Shown: positions 38,846 to 50,510, counted from the first letter of the stretch. The stretch is DNA of 64,000 nt from an uncultured delta proteobacterium (GCA_963785235.1 CAWAUM010000003.1:416001-480000), one strand, 5' to 3'. The notes: generated from the sequence alone by a model not told the origin. A program made the numbers and translations.

Positions 38846-39853
38846 ATGAAGATACTGGTAACAGGCGGAGCCGGATACATCGGAAGTCATACCTGTCTTG
38901 AACTCTTAGAGGCAGGCCATGAAGTCGTTGTCGTAGACAACCTCATAAACTCCAAAGAGGACTCCCTCAAACGAGTGCAAGAAATCACGGGGAGATCTCT
39001 TATTTTTTATCGAGTTGATCTCCTTGACAGACAGGCACTTATGGACATATTCGCCCGTCATCACATCGATGCGGTAATCCATTTTGCAGGGCTTAAGGCC
39101 GTGGGGGAATCAGTCCAAATCCCATTGAAGTATTACCACAACAACATTACTGGTACCCTCATCCTGTGTGAAGTTATGGCTGAACACTCAGTAAAAAATA
39201 TCGTGTTCAGCTCTTCTGCTACGGTCTATGGTGACCCGGCTGCTGTTCCAATCCGGGAAGACTTCCCGCTTGGACCAACGAATCCCTATGGACGGACCAA
39301 GTTGATGATCGAAGAAATCCTCAAGGATCTCTTTGTGCCAGACCCATCCTGGAATATAGCCCTCCTACGATACTTCAATCCAATAGGGGCGCATGAAAGC
39401 GGTCGCATCGGCGAAGATCCGGACGGCATACCGAACAACCTGGTCCCTTATATCGCCCAGGTAGCGGTTGGGAGACTAGAAGAGTTGAAGGTCTTTGGGA
39501 ATGATTACCCTACGCCTGACGGTACCGGCCTGAGGGATTACATCCATGTTGTTGACCTGGCACAAGGCCATCTTTATGCCCTTGACCGGCTCTTGGCAGG
39601 CAATGGTGTTATCACATACAATCTCGGTACGGGTCGCGGATATAGTGTTCTAGAGGTAGTAAGTGCCTTTGAAAAGGCCTGCAGCAGAAAAATTCGCTTT
39701 CAAATCGTGGGCAGGAGAGATGGAGACATCGCGGTCTGCTATGCAGACCCATCCAAGGCGAATACCGAGCTGGGCTGGGCTGCCAAACGAGGGATTGAAG
39801 AAATGTGCACAGATGCTTGGAGATGGCAGTCAAATAATCCTCACGGATACTAA
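38846..39853 (+). CDS. galE: UDP-glucose 4-epimerase
   Basis: [35 protein letters not shown] and RDYIHV motifs. Confidence 0.97.
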   Translation: MKILVTGGAGYIGSHTCLELLEAGHEVVVVDNLINSKEDSLKRVQEITGRSLIFYRVDLLDRQALMDIFARHHIDAVIHFAGLKAVGESVQIPLKYYHNNITGTLILCEVMAEHSVKNIVFSSSATVYGDPAAVPIREDFPLGPTNPYGRTKLMIEEILKDLFVPDPSWNIALLRYFNPIGAHESGRIGEDPDGIPNNLVPYIAQVAVGRLEELKVFGNDYPTPDGTGLRDYIHVVDLAQGHLYALDRLLAGNGVITYNLGTGRGYSVLEVVSAFEKACSRKIRFQIVGRRDGDIAVCYADPSKANTELGWAAKRGIEEMCTDAWRWQSNNPHGY

Positions 39854-39901
39854 TGACCACCTTGGTTTTGTTGACTTGGGGGCCAATGCCAAAGGTGAAT
39901 T

Positions 39902-40813
39902 ATGCTCGTAAAAAATATCCTGAATAACACGGCACCCACTTTTAGTTTTGAATTCTTTCCACCCAGGAATGATGCCGCTTGGGAGAACCTTTTCCTTACC
40001 ATATCCGACCTTATGCCTCTGAAACCTTCCTGGGTGAGCGTAACGTACGGTGCCGGAGGCTCAACCCGAGAGAACACACACCAGTTGGTTATGCGCATCA
40101 AGAGGGAGACTGACCTCACTGTGGTTTCCCACCTTACCTGCGTAGAGTCAACTCAAGATGATATCTTAACTATTTTAGAGCGTTATACACAAAACGGCAT
40201 TAAAAACATCCTGGCACTAAGGGGTGATACTCCTGCAGGCCACTTCGGCTGGTCTGCACCGCCTAATGGCTTCACCCATGCATCTGAACTCGTAACCTTC
40301 ATAAAGAAACATTTTCCTGATACGGGAATTGGGGTTGCAGGCTTCCCTGAGGGCCACCCCGAGACCCCCAATAGACTCAAGGAGATCGATTACCTCAAGG
40401 CCAAGGTAGATTCCGGCGCTGACTATATCATAACCCAGCTTTTTTTCGATAACAGAGATTTCTATGATTTTTGTGAACGATGTGAACTCGCAGGTATTAG
40501 CATCCCGATCATTGCCGGCATCATGCCCATAATTACAAAAAACGGCATGATCCGGATGGCTGAGCTGGCAGCAGGGGCACGTTTTCCTGCAAGTCTCATG
40601 AGGGCTGTCAACCAGGCTGAATCCACAGGCGTTATCGAAAAAATCGGTATAGAATGGGCAACCGATCAAGTTCGCGACCTAATCGACAACAAAGTCAGTG
40701 GCGTTCATTTCTACACGCTCAACAACGCACGTGCGACCCTGGGGATATACAAGGCACTTGGAGTAAAGGATTCCTCCCAGATTGGACCTCCCTTAAAATT
40801 GCCTTGTTTTTAA
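39902..40813 (+). CDS. metF: 5,10-methylenetetrahydrofolate reductase
   Basis: SFEFFPP, VTYGAGGS, HLTC, ALRGD, ITQLFF and HFYTLN motifs. Confidence 0.96.
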   Translation: MLVKNILNNTAPTFSFEFFPPRNDAAWENLFLTISDLMPLKPSWVSVTYGAGGSTRENTHQLVMRIKRETDLTVVSHLTCVESTQDDILTILERYTQNGIKNILALRGDTPAGHFGWSAPPNGFTHASELVTFIKKHFPDTGIGVAGFPEGHPETPNRLKEIDYLKAKVDSGADYIITQLFFDNRDFYDFCERCELAGISIPIIAGIMPIITKNGMIRMAELAAGARFPASLMRAVNQAESTGVIEKIGIEWATDQVRDLIDNKVSGVHFYTLNNARATLGIYKALGVKDSSQIGPPLKLPCF

Positions 40814-41023
40814 CCTGCGTTCCTTGTTGATGTGGATTAACTATAAATACAAATGCTGTTCAATATGGGGGCATGTGTTTCCTGCTTGATAATAATTGCG
40901 GTATCGGGGTATTAATAATACATGCAGTATGGGTAATGAGATTAATGTACTCAGATCGCTGCATGGATGCTATGTTGACGCTTATCCGGTAAGCGGTAAT
41001 CCCAATATAAAGAGGAGGGTAAT

Positions 41024-41587
41024 ATGGTTCTAAGAAGAATTTTTGTCATACTGTTCGCAATGCTATTTTTATCCACATCGGCGTTTGCCATCGATGTGGC
41101 CGGCGTCAAGATGCCTGACACTTTCAAGGCAGGGGGGCAGGATCTTGTTGCTAATGGCGGGGGCAAACGCACCAAGTTCATGATGAAGGTGTATGTGGCA
41201 GCCCTGTATCTCAAGCAGAAAAGCAGCGATGCACAGAAAATCATAGATGCTGATGAGCCTATGGCCATCAAGCTGCAGGTTACATCAGGAATGGTAACTG
41301 CCGACAAGATGAAGGCTGCCATCGATGAGGGTTTCGAGAACTCCACAGGCGGAAATGTCGGCCCCATGAAGCCCAAGATTGATGCCTTTACTGCTGTCTT
41401 CAAAGAGATTGCCAGCGGTATTGTCTATGATTTTGTCTATGTGCCCGGCAAAGGAGTAGAGATCTATAAGAATGGACAGATGGCCTCTACGATCCAGGGA
41501 CTTGATTTCAAAAAGGCCCTGTTTGGCATCTGGCTCTGTAACAAACCTGCCCAGGAATCTTTGAAAGAGGAAATGCTCGGCAAATAG
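41024..41587 (+). CDS. Exported chalcone-isomerase-like protein
   Basis: Signal peptide, L..NG.G.R.KF..KVYVAALYL and F.KALFGIWL..KP...LK..MLG motifs. Confidence 0.88.
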   Translation: MVLRRIFVILFAMLFLSTSAFAIDVAGVKMPDTFKAGGQDLVANGGGKRTKFMMKVYVAALYLKQKSSDAQKIIDADEPMAIKLQVTSGMVTADKMKAAIDEGFENSTGGNVGPMKPKIDAFTAVFKEIASGIVYDFVYVPGKGVEIYKNGQMASTIQGLDFKKALFGIWLCNKPAQESLKEEMLGK

Positions 41588-41605
41588 ATCTTGAATCTGC
41601 CTGCA

Positions 41606-41642
41606 AAAAGGGCTCGAGGGGCTGCTTTGCCCCCGAGCCCTA
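41606..41642 (+). terminator. Terminator-like hairpin
   Basis: AGGGCTCG(A)GGGGC...GCCCCCGAGCCCT after the chalcone-isomerase-like gene. Confidence 0.65.
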
Positions 41643-41913
41643 TGAATACTGTTCCTCCTTACTGAGCTTGAATACGCTGCATTATGCTTTCATAACCGTA
41701 GAGATTTATGTTGTTGTTGAAGATCTAAAAGCATTCTTGAAGCCGCCATGAAAAGTACAATGTTACCAACAGATTTCTCCTTAATCCTAATAAAGAGGTG
41801 ACATCATCATTAAGGGGGCTTTCTTAAGTTGCTATGGCCAAATGACGAAACATGCCCTATGGGCAGCCCTCAAAACACATGGGATGTTATTCATCAGGTT
41901 CACGTGAGGTAAA

Positions 41914-42984
41914 ATGAAACAAGTTCTCAGTAGATGGCTTAAGCAGTATTTTTCTGACCCACAGTTCATGATCCTCATATTCATGCTTCTTGTATGCTTT
42001 ATGCTGATCTATTTTTTCGGCAAGATGCTCATGCCTGTCTTTTTATCCATACTTATCGCCCTGCTGCTGGACAGCATTATTGAATGGTTAGGCCGTTTCA
42101 ATGTCCGTCGAAAAGCAGGAGTCTACCTCGTTTTTCTTCTCTTCCTGGCGCTGTTTTTTGACCTGCTCATCATCTTGCTCCCACTTATCTCCCATCAGAT
42201 AGGCCAGCTTGTACAAGATCTTCCGACCATTGTATCCAGGATAAAGGCGGACCTGCTCCTCCTTCCACAGAAATTCCCTGGTGTTATCTCTGAAGGGAGG
42301 ATCAACCAGCTCATTGCAATACTCGCCTCAGAATTCAATAACCTGGGGAAAAATATCATCCAGATATCAGTCTCTTCAGTACGAGGGATGATTGAGGCAA
42401 TTATTTACCTGATCCTTGTCCCATTTTTGGTTTTCTTCTTTCTTAAAGATAAAGAGTTGCTCCTGGACTGGATACAAAGACATCTGCCAGAAGAACGTGG
42501 GCTGGCAATCAAGGTCTGGGATGAGGTATATGATCAGTTTTTCAACTACCTTAGGGGAAAAATACTTGAGATACTCTTTGTGTGGGGCATTAATTATGCT
42601 GCCTTTGCACTTCTCGGACTGAAGTATTCGGTTATTTTATCTCTTTTCGTGGGATTGGCCGTGCTGGTCCCCTATATAGGCGCAGCCGTCCTGTTTATTC
42701 CAATGGTCATGATAGGTTTTTTCCAGTGGGGCTTCGGGCCAAATTTGATCTATCTCATCATAGCTTATGCCTTCCTGCATGCACTTGACGGAAATATCAT
42801 TGCACCACTTCTCCTGTCAAAAGTTGTTAAGATCCATCCTGTTGCAATCATCATCTCAATCCTTGTCTTTGGGGGGCTTTGGGGCTTCTGGGGGCTGGTC
42901 TTTGCCATTCCTCTGGCTACACTCCTCCATGCAGTTCTCAAGACTCGGATAAGTCCGACAATACCCTCTGAGGGATCCACATAA
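41914..42984 (+). CDS. AI-2E family transporter (PerM-like)
   Basis: Polytopic; FFFLKD, YLRGK, LVPYIG, DGNIIAP, IHP and GGLWGFWGLVFAIPLA motifs. Confidence 0.92.
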   Translation: MKQVLSRWLKQYFSDPQFMILIFMLLVCFMLIYFFGKMLMPVFLSILIALLLDSIIEWLGRFNVRRKAGVYLVFLLFLALFFDLLIILLPLISHQIGQLVQDLPTIVSRIKADLLLLPQKFPGVISEGRINQLIAILASEFNNLGKNIIQISVSSVRGMIEAIIYLILVPFLVFFFLKDKELLLDWIQRHLPEERGLAIKVWDEVYDQFFNYLRGKILEILFVWGINYAAFALLGLKYSVILSLFVGLAVLVPYIGAAVLFIPMVMIGFFQWGFGPNLIYLIIAYAFLHALDGNIIAPLLLSKVVKIHPVAIIISILVFGGLWGFWGLVFAIPLATLLHAVLKTRISPTIPSEGST

Positions 42985-43206
42985 CTATTGATTTCTTACA
43001 ACCCTCACTTGCCCGGCGAACCCATGTTGACTTTAAAAGATGAGGCCTTTCTCTTTATAAGTGTTTTTCATTAAATGACTTTATCTCATGAAACCGCATT
43101 TTTCTTCCGATATGAAAAAAGAGGTGTAGATAAATTGTGCCCTTATAAGGTTAGGAATGAAAAGAATAGTAATATCGAATTATTATCAAGTTTTTGAGAT
43201 GAGGAT

Positions 43207-44655
43207 ATGACGAACAACCTTGACCTGCCGAAGGGTATCCATATACTCATTGCAGATTCAAGCGCGGTAGTCCGCAGCTTCCTGTCACGAGAACTCGGTA
43301 AATCAGGTGCGCTCATATCACTTGCTGATGATGGAGAACAAGCATTCGACTATGCATCATCGGAGGATATCGACCTTTTAATTGCCGATGTCGACCTTCC
43401 CAAGATCGGCGGTATCGAGCTGTGTAGTAAGATAAAGAAAAACCATAAGACGCAACAGATACCAGTTATCATTCTCGACTCACTTAGTTCCGAAGATGGC
43501 ATCCAGAAGGGATATCAAGCCGGGGCAACCGCATGTATTCCAAAATCACAGGCTAAAGAATCACTTATCGATGCTATCGGGAACGTGCTCCTCAAGGCAA
43601 CCTTCCAGCGGGGACGCCTGATACTGGTCGTGGATGATTCTCTTACGGTCCGTTCCCTGGTCAGTAAGAGCCTCAAAGATGTGGGGTTCACCATTATCCA
43701 GGCAGAAAATGGAAAAGTAGCCTTAGACCTCCTCCGTCACAACAAACCCGATCTCATTCTCAGCGACATCGACATGCCTGAGATGAACGGAGAGGCCTTC
43801 TGTCAGGCCGTTCATGCCGACCCTGTACTCGCTACCATTCCATTTGTGGTCATGAGCGCAAACAACCAGCGACCTATTATGAGGCGTATGCTCCAGCTCG
43901 GGGCTGATTCATATCTCGTGAAACCATTTAATGTTGAACAGCTTGTAATAACAATTGAAAAACTGCTATCTGACCAGCTCCTACTCCTCTCAAAGGAAAA
44001 GGAGCGTCTCGAAATCGAGCAGAGGCTTATCCTTGCAAGTATTACGAGCCTATGCAATGCACTTGAAGCCAGAGACTCCTATACCAGGGGCCATTCAGAG
44101 GCAGTATCCGATATCGCCACCAAGATTGCTTTTCAGATGGGCATCTGTGGAGAGGAGATCGAGCTTATCCGGCTTGGGGGCAAACTGCATGACCTTGGCA
44201 AGATCGGTGTTCTGGACAGTGTATTGCTAAAACCAGGCAAGCTTACGGATGAAGAGTTCGCCATCATTAAAAAACACCCTGTCATCGGTGCGGAGATTCT
44301 AAGGCCCGTCCCTTCTCTTGCCCCGATCATCCCGATAGTTCTCTATCATCATGAACGTTTTGATGGGAAAGGATATCCAGAGGGACTTCAGGGATCATCC
44401 ATACCGCTTTGGGCAAGAATCACGGCTGTTGGAGATACCTATCATGCGCTTACTAGCGACCGTCCATACAGGGCAGGTATGCCTAAAGACCAGGCACTGG
44501 CAATCATCCAGCAGGCGAGCGGCAGCCAGCTCTGTCCCGACTGTGTAGATGCATTCATCAAGATGGAACTCTGGGATAAGGCAACCTCTTCGCAAAATAA
44601 TAATTCTGATGATAAGAATGTAGTTCCTATCTTGGCATCTATTACACGCTCATGA
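43207..44655 (+). CDS. Double-receiver HD-GYP cyclic dinucleotide phosphodiesterase
   Basis: Two REC domains, then EARDSYTRGHS, LHDLGKIG, HHERFDGKGYPEGL and DRPYR motifs. Confidence 0.93.
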   Translation: MTNNLDLPKGIHILIADSSAVVRSFLSRELGKSGALISLADDGEQAFDYASSEDIDLLIADVDLPKIGGIELCSKIKKNHKTQQIPVIILDSLSSEDGIQKGYQAGATACIPKSQAKESLIDAIGNVLLKATFQRGRLILVVDDSLTVRSLVSKSLKDVGFTIIQAENGKVALDLLRHNKPDLILSDIDMPEMNGEAFCQAVHADPVLATIPFVVMSANNQRPIMRRMLQLGADSYLVKPFNVEQLVITIEKLLSDQLLLLSKEKERLEIEQRLILASITSLCNALEARDSYTRGHSEAVSDIATKIAFQMGICGEEIELIRLGGKLHDLGKIGVLDSVLLKPGKLTDEEFAIIKKHPVIGAEILRPVPSLAPIIPIVLYHHERFDGKGYPEGLQGSSIPLWARITAVGDTYHALTSDRPYRAGMPKDQALAIIQQASGSQLCPDCVDAFIKMELWDKATSSQNNNSDDKNVVPILASITRS

Positions 44656-44719
44656 AAAATCTACTTTATAATTTGTCACATGGAAGACCCTCATGGTGGA
44701 TTACACCTAAAGATACACA

Positions 44720-44807
44720 TTGCATTTACCCATTCTTTTGTTTATGTTTCACAAAGAGACAGCCCCTTAGAATCGGCTTATCAGGCTGAAATTCAGGCTA
44801 AGGGGAG
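44720..44807 (+). promoter_or_regulatory. Promoter and 5' leader hairpin occluding the RBS
   Basis: TTGCAT-17bp-TATGTT; CCCCTTAG (44763-70) pairs with CTAAGGGG (44798-805), which contains the SD. Confidence 0.55.
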
Positions 44808-44816
44808 ATGACGACT

Positions 44817-46149
44817 ATGAGAAGAAACATCGTACATGAAGGAGCGGAACAGCTCACCTATGAAATACGGCAGATCGTTGCTGTAGCCGAAGACCTCCAG
44901 AGACTTGGGGTGGAGATCACCTGGGAGAACATCGGCGATCCTATTGCCAAAGGCGAGAAGATCCCCCAGTGGATCAAGGATATCATCATCAAGCTGACTT
45001 CTGAGGATAAGACCTATGGGTATGTTGCCACTCAGGGCGTTGCAGCGTCACGCCAGTTTCTCGCAGAAATGGTGAATACCCGTGGCGGTTACCAGGTAAC
45101 CAAGGATGACATCATATTCTTCGATGGCATTGGTGACGCCATTGCCAAGATATTCGGATATCTGAAACGCGAGGCAAGGGTGATAGGCCCGTCTCCAGCT
45201 TATTCCACACATTCCTCCGCCGAGGCGGCACACTCGGGATATGAGCACCTCACCTACGAACTCGATCCAAACAACCGCTGGATGCCGGACCTTGTTGATC
45301 TCGAGAATAAGATTAAATACAATGACTCCATCGCAGGCATCCTCATTATTAACCCGGACAATCCCACGGGTGCTGTTTACTCCAGAGAACTTCTTCACAA
45401 GATGGTGGAGATAGCCAGACGCTATAAGGTGTTTATGGTCTGCGATGAAACATATACCAAACTTGTCTACGGCGGCGCCGAGACAGCCCATTTGAGTGAG
45501 GTTATTGCGGACGTTCCGGGTATAGCGCTACGGGGCATATCCAAGGAATATCCATGGCCGGGTGCCCGGTGCGGGTGGATTGAGGTTTTCAACCAGGACA
45601 AACTGCATTTCAAGCGATATATTAAAAGTCTCATCAATGCCAAGATGCTGGAGGTATGCTCCACAAGCCTGCCTCAGTATTCCATCCCGATAGTCATGGG
45701 CGACCCTCGTTATGAAGGGCATCTCACTTCGCGGAGGTTAATGTACGAGAAGAGGGCCAATGAGGCATGGGATATCTTTTCACAGAGTCGAAGGGATCAA
45801 GGTGAACAAGCCCCAGGGGGCCTTCTACATGTCAGTCCTGTTTGAGGATGGAGTGCTGAACAACCGGCAGACCTTGCCCATCTCTAACCCAAAGGCGTTG
45901 GAATTCATTGAGAACAAGGTCAAGGGGGTTGAGGTTGACAAACGCTTCGTTTATTATCTCTTGGGCTCTACGGGTATCTGCGTAGTGCCTCTTACCGGAT
46001 TCTGCTGTGATAGAAAAGGCTTCAGGATTACCTTGCTTGAAATGAACGATGAAAAACGCCTGTGGACCTGCCAGACTATTGCAGAGGGCATAAGAAATTA
46101 CATCAATTCCACGAGCAGCGCTGTAAACTCCAGCCAGTCCGTGGTCTAG
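44817..46149 (+). CDS. PLP-dependent class I aminotransferase, AlaA-like (one +1 indel near 45781)
   Basis: L.YEIR, ENIGDP, INPDNPTG, DETY and SKEYPWPGARCGW motifs; continues PQGAFYM..GICVVP..GFRIT in the next frame. Confidence 0.88.
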
Positions 46150-46213
46150 ACTGAGGGTTTTATTGATACAGGCGGACCAAAAGAATACTCGCCTGATCTT
46201 ATTCCGGTGATTG

Positions 46214-47086
46214 ATGGTGAACACTGTGCGCAGAACTGATGTATCATTCCCTTCAGGCCCTGATACCATCTCCGGAACCCTGTTCATTCCAAACACAGAC
46301 AAACCGTTACCAGCGCTTATCATCTGCCATGGTGCCCTGGACTTCAAGGAAAACTACTTTGAACTCTGCGAATACCTTGCAAACAAAGGCATTGCCTCCC
46401 TGGCCATAGACATGCATGGTCACGGAGCAAGCGGAGGAAAGCGTTTTCACGTGAATATGAAAGACTGGATCTTGGATATCATGCGCGCCATAGACTTCCT
46501 TGAACAGACGCAAGGGATCAATGACAACTCCATCGGTGTCTTCGGCCTCTCTTCTGGAGGAACTGCCGTGCTTGAAGCAGCACTCGTTGATAAAAGGATA
46601 CGCTGCATCATAACCTTGGATGCTACAGTGAAGAATACCTTGAATCCTGTGGAATATCTGGGCATGAAATTCCTGGGTGCAATTGGCCATATAAAACGTG
46701 TACTCACAAAAGACGATCTGAGGATATCCATGATAGGGCCTTTTAAAAAGGTAGAGGCCGCATCGGACCCGGAAGTAAACCGGAGATGGAAGGAGAATCC
46801 AAAGGTCTTAAAGATGTGGTCCGCCTTCCCTATCCCGGGAGCAAGTCCTTCACTCATCGTGGATACCCTCAAACGGGTGCACTTTATTACATGCCCGACA
46901 CTCGTCATCCATGGCGAGGATGACAAGGTGGATCCTGTTAAAAGCGCTCAAATGTTATTCCAGGCACTCACCTGCATAAAGAGCCTGCATATTGTCCCGG
47001 GCAACGGCCACCTGGGCCACATGGACAGAAACAAAGGTGTCGTAATGCAGCTTACCGGGGAATGGGCGCAAACGCACCTGATTTGA
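46214..47086 (+). CDS. Alpha/beta hydrolase (monoglyceride lipase/lysophospholipase-like)
   Basis: ICHG, DMHGHGASGG, nucleophile GLSSGG, HGEDD and GNGH motifs. Confidence 0.85.
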   Translation: MVNTVRRTDVSFPSGPDTISGTLFIPNTDKPLPALIICHGALDFKENYFELCEYLANKGIASLAIDMHGHGASGGKRFHVNMKDWILDIMRAIDFLEQTQGINDNSIGVFGLSSGGTAVLEAALVDKRIRCIITLDATVKNTLNPVEYLGMKFLGAIGHIKRVLTKDDLRISMIGPFKKVEAASDPEVNRRWKENPKVLKMWSAFPIPGASPSLIVDTLKRVHFITCPTLVIHGEDDKVDPVKSAQMLFQALTCIKSLHIVPGNGHLGHMDRNKGVVMQLTGEWAQTHLI

Positions 47087-47124
47087 GAAATCAGGGCCAG
47101 TGTGTTATCCTTTGCCGCAATCAT

Positions 47125-48809
47125 ATGTTTCTCCCTACAACTATTCATGAGATGAAGACCCTTGGCTGGGATGGAATTGATATCATCCTGGTCACCGGAG
47201 ACGCGTACATGGACAGCCCGCACATCGGGGTGGCGGTTATAGGCAAGGCACTGCTCAAGGCAGGGTACCGCGTGGGTATCATTTCCCAGCCGGATACCAC
47301 GTCTTCGATTGATATCACGAGGCTTGGGGAACCGGCATTGTTCTGGGGCATAACCGGGGGCTGCATAGACTCCATGGTGGCCAATTACACCCCTTTAAAG
47401 AAAAAAAGGAAATCCGATGACTATACACCTGGAGGGTTGAACACAAAAAGACCGGACAGGGCTGTGATCGTATATGCTAACCTCATCAGACAATGTTCAA
47501 AAAAGAAGAAACCCATCGTAGCTGGGCGGCATCGAGGCAAGCCTGCGACGCATTGCGCACTATGATTTCTGGTCGGACAGTATCAGGCGCTCCATCCTCT
47601 TTGATGCAAAGGCCGACATCCTGGTCTATGGCATGGGGGAATACCCGGTCATTGAACTGGCGCACGCTTTGAGTTCGGGTGATGACTATAAGGATATGAG
47701 AGGTATCTGCTTCATAAGCAAAGAAAAACCTCAAGACGCGATCGAACTGCCCTCATATGAAGATGTAGGAAAGGACGTGAATACCTTCACCGAGATGTTC
47801 CACACCTTCTACCGGAATAACGACCCTATCACAGGTAAGGCCCTTTGCCAGAGGCATGGTGACCGCTACCTGGTACACAATAAACCGTGGCCTCTCCTGA
47901 CTGAACATGAACTGGACGCTATCTATGAACTCGGTTATGAACGGGAGGTGCACCCCCACGAACAAGCCCTTGGCGAGGTGAAGGCAATGGAAACCATACG
48001 GTTCTCCATCACCACACACAGGGGCTGCATGGGACAATGCAACTTCTGCGCTATCTCCATGCATGAAGGTGCACGCGTGAACTCTCGCAGCGAGGAGTCC
48101 ATTATTGCCGAAGCTCGATGTCTTACGTCTCACCCCAAGTTCAAAGGTTACATACAAGATGTGGGGGGGCCCACTGCCAACATGTATGGATTTGCATGCA
48201 CAGCGAACAATCATAAAGGTATATGCACCCGCCGGAGGTGCCTGCACCCGGACATCTGCACTCATCTGGGTATAAATCATACCAGGCAGCAACATCTCTT
48301 GAAAACACTCCGTTTTATCCCGGGCATTAAAAAGGCCTTTGTGAGCTCAGGCATCCGTCATGACCTGGTATGCGCAGACAAACACTATGGGGAAAGCTAC
48401 TTGAAAGAGCTGGCAGAACACCATGTATCCGGACAGATGAAACTGGCGCCTGAACATACCGAGCCGGGTGTGCTTAACAAGGATGGGAAAGGCGGGCATT
48501 GCCACGCTGCTTGAGTTCAGGAATCGATTCTTGAAGATTTCAAGTGACAAAGGCAAGAGGCAGTTCCTCACCTATTATTTTCTCGCTGCACATCCCGGTT
48601 GCACGGAGATGGACATGAAGCGGCTCAAATCTTTTGTCAATAAGAACCTGAAGCTTGGGCCGGAACAGGTACAGATCTTCACTCCCACACCATCCACCTA
48701 CTCCACCCTCATGTATTACACAGGCCTGGACCCATTCACTGGTGAAAAGATATTTGTAGAAAAAGACCCGGTATGCAAGAAGAGGCAGAAGGATATCCTG
48801 ACCGGATAA
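47125..48809 (+). CDS. ygiQ: YgiQ (UPF0313) radical SAM protein (two +1 indels near 47521 and 48481)
   Basis: VTGDAY.D.P, DSMVANYT, restored PIVLGGIEASLRR, RGCMGQCNFC, DVGGPTANMY, APEH, YFLAAHPG and QVQIFTPTP motifs. Confidence 0.92.
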
Positions 48810-48826
48810 AAGAGGTAACAATTACC

Positions 48827-49351
48827 ATGAAACGCGAATATGACCCCATTCATGAACAGATGCCCCCTGAGCTGGAAGAGCCGAAGAGCAAGACAAGGCT
48901 TAAAAAGGAGATGATCGAACTGCAGAAGCTTGGAGAACACCTCGTTACCCTGCCTGCTGCTTATTTAAAAAAAGCCGGCATCCTACCTAAACTCTTTGAT
49001 GCCGTCATATCCATGAAAAAAATGAGCACCCATGGGGCCAGGCGAAGACAGATGCAGCATATCGGCGTGATCATGCGGGAGGTGGACCCGGTACAGATCA
49101 AAAGGGTTCTCGATGAATTCGGGCAGGCCAGACAGACACCTGAACCTTTGAATACAGATCTGGATGAGCATGTTCAGATGCTCATCAACGGTGAAGATGA
49201 ACACATTGAAGACCTCCTGAAACGATGCCCTGCAGCAGATCGTACCAGGCTCCGCCAGTTGGTCAGAAACGCAAAGGTCGAGCCATTACCAACAGGGAAA
49301 ACACGTGCCCTTACTGCATTAAAGGCTTATCTGAAAGAAATTATGAACTGA
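48827..49351 (+). CDS. yjgA: Ribosome biogenesis factor YjgA/DarP (DUF615)
   Basis: SKTRLKKEM..LQKLGE.L, ARRRQMQ.IG..MR and DR..LRQLVRNA motifs. Confidence 0.9.
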   Translation: MKREYDPIHEQMPPELEEPKSKTRLKKEMIELQKLGEHLVTLPAAYLKKAGILPKLFDAVISMKKMSTHGARRRQMQHIGVIMREVDPVQIKRVLDEFGQARQTPEPLNTDLDEHVQMLINGEDEHIEDLLKRCPAADRTRLRQLVRNAKVEPLPTGKTRALTALKAYLKEIMN

Positions 49352-49390
49352 TAATTGACATTAAAAACTAAAAAGACAAGGGAGGTACCC

Positions 49391-49681
49391 ATGAAAGATC
49401 TCTTCGGAAATACTTTTTCCAATATGATTGTAGCCCTTGCCTTCATCTGTGCCCTTATCTTTGCAGGCTGCGAAGGCAGCGAGGCAAAAAAGGCAATCAC
49501 TGATACCGTTAATAAGGTTATGGGCGGTGAGGCGGTTAAAAAGGGTGAAGAGATGAAAAAAAACATCGACCAGGCCATAAATGAAGAGGCCAGGCGCCTG
49601 CTTAAAATGGATAAAGAAACAAAAGGTGATACCACCAGCGAGGATAAGGACTCTCAGAGCGAAAACGAATCAGACAAGTGA
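49391..49681 (+). CDS. Small lipoprotein
   Basis: GGAGG RBS; lipobox FAGC; charged helical body. Confidence 0.7.
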   Translation: MKDLFGNTFSNMIVALAFICALIFAGCEGSEAKKAITDTVNKVMGGEAVKKGEEMKKNIDQAINEEARRLLKMDKETKGDTTSEDKDSQSENESDK

Positions 49682-49707
49682 GGATCTCAATAAAAGGAGG
49701 CTACTCC

Positions 49708-50499
49708 ATGTTTATCAACAATAAAATTGTCTGGATCACAGGTGCATCTTCGGGAATAGGGGAGGCCCTGGCTTATGCCTTTGCCCGCAGGGGTGCGCGT
49801 CTCATTCTCTCCGCACGCAATATAAAAAGATTGAATGAGGTGAAAGACCGTTGTTCGTCCCCTGAACAACACCTCGTGCTTCCTTTGGACCTTGCTGATT
49901 CTTCGACATATTCTGAGAATGTCAAAACAGTTCTTGATACATTCGGCCATATAGACATGCTCATCAACAATGGCGGCGTATCTCAACGGTCATTTGCCCT
50001 CCAGACCAGCCTTGATACCGACCGGAGGATCATGGAGACCAACTTCTTCGGTACGGTGGCCTTAACAAAGGCAATTCTGCCGGCCATGCTTAAAAATGCA
50101 TCGGGCCAAATCGTGGTGATCAGCAGCCTTGTGGGCAAATTCGGCTCACCCTTACGCTCGACTTATTCAGCATCCAAGCACGCCTTACACGGTTTCTTTG
50201 ACTCTTTACGAGCAGAGTTATCCGCAAAGGGCATCAGGGTCCTATTGGTATGCCCGGGTTTTATCCGTACCAGTATCTCGATAAACGCCCTGTGTGCAGA
50301 CGGCTCCTGCCAGGGAACCATGGATGAGGCTCAGGCCGCCGGGATGGCACCCGAGGTCTGTGCTGAAAAAATAATACAGGCCATAGAACAAGGCAAAGAC
50401 GAGATACTCATTGGGGGGAAAGAACAGCTTGGTGTATATCTCAAGCGGTTTGTTCCCGGCATTTTCAACCGGATTATTACCAGGGCAAAGGTCACCTGA
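49708..50499 (+). CDS. Short-chain dehydrogenase/reductase (DHRS7-like)
   Basis: TGASSGIG, NNGG, YSASK and CPGFIRT motifs. Confidence 0.93.
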   Translation: MFINNKIVWITGASSGIGEALAYAFARRGARLILSARNIKRLNEVKDRCSSPEQHLVLPLDLADSSTYSENVKTVLDTFGHIDMLINNGGVSQRSFALQTSLDTDRRIMETNFFGTVALTKAILPAMLKNASGQIVVISSLVGKFGSPLRSTYSASKHALHGFFDSLRAELSAKGIRVLLVCPGFIRTSISINALCADGSCQGTMDEAQAAGMAPEVCAEKIIQAIEQGKDEILIGGKEQLGVYLKRFVPGIFNRIITRAKVT

Positions 50500-50510
50500 A
50501 ATATACTGTT

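Noticed and set aside
39858-39898. Hairpin between galE and metF as a possible SAM/SAH riboswitch
   Set aside because: Only 48 bp intergenic and lacking the conserved cores of SAM-I, SAM-II or SAH aptamers.
40921-40995. Short stems CATGCAG/CTGCATG and CGCTTA/TAAGCG upstream of the chalcone-isomerase-like gene
   Set aside because: Too short to exceed chance, and they match no riboswitch consensus I know.
41898-41911. GGTTCACGTGAGGT as a parS site
   Set aside because: Only the central CACGTG core matches TGTTTCACGTGAAACA, and it overlaps an RBS.
43086-43113. sigma28 promoter for the HD-GYP gene (TCATG-N15-TCCGATAT)
   Set aside because: Both boxes are imperfect and the spacing is off by one.
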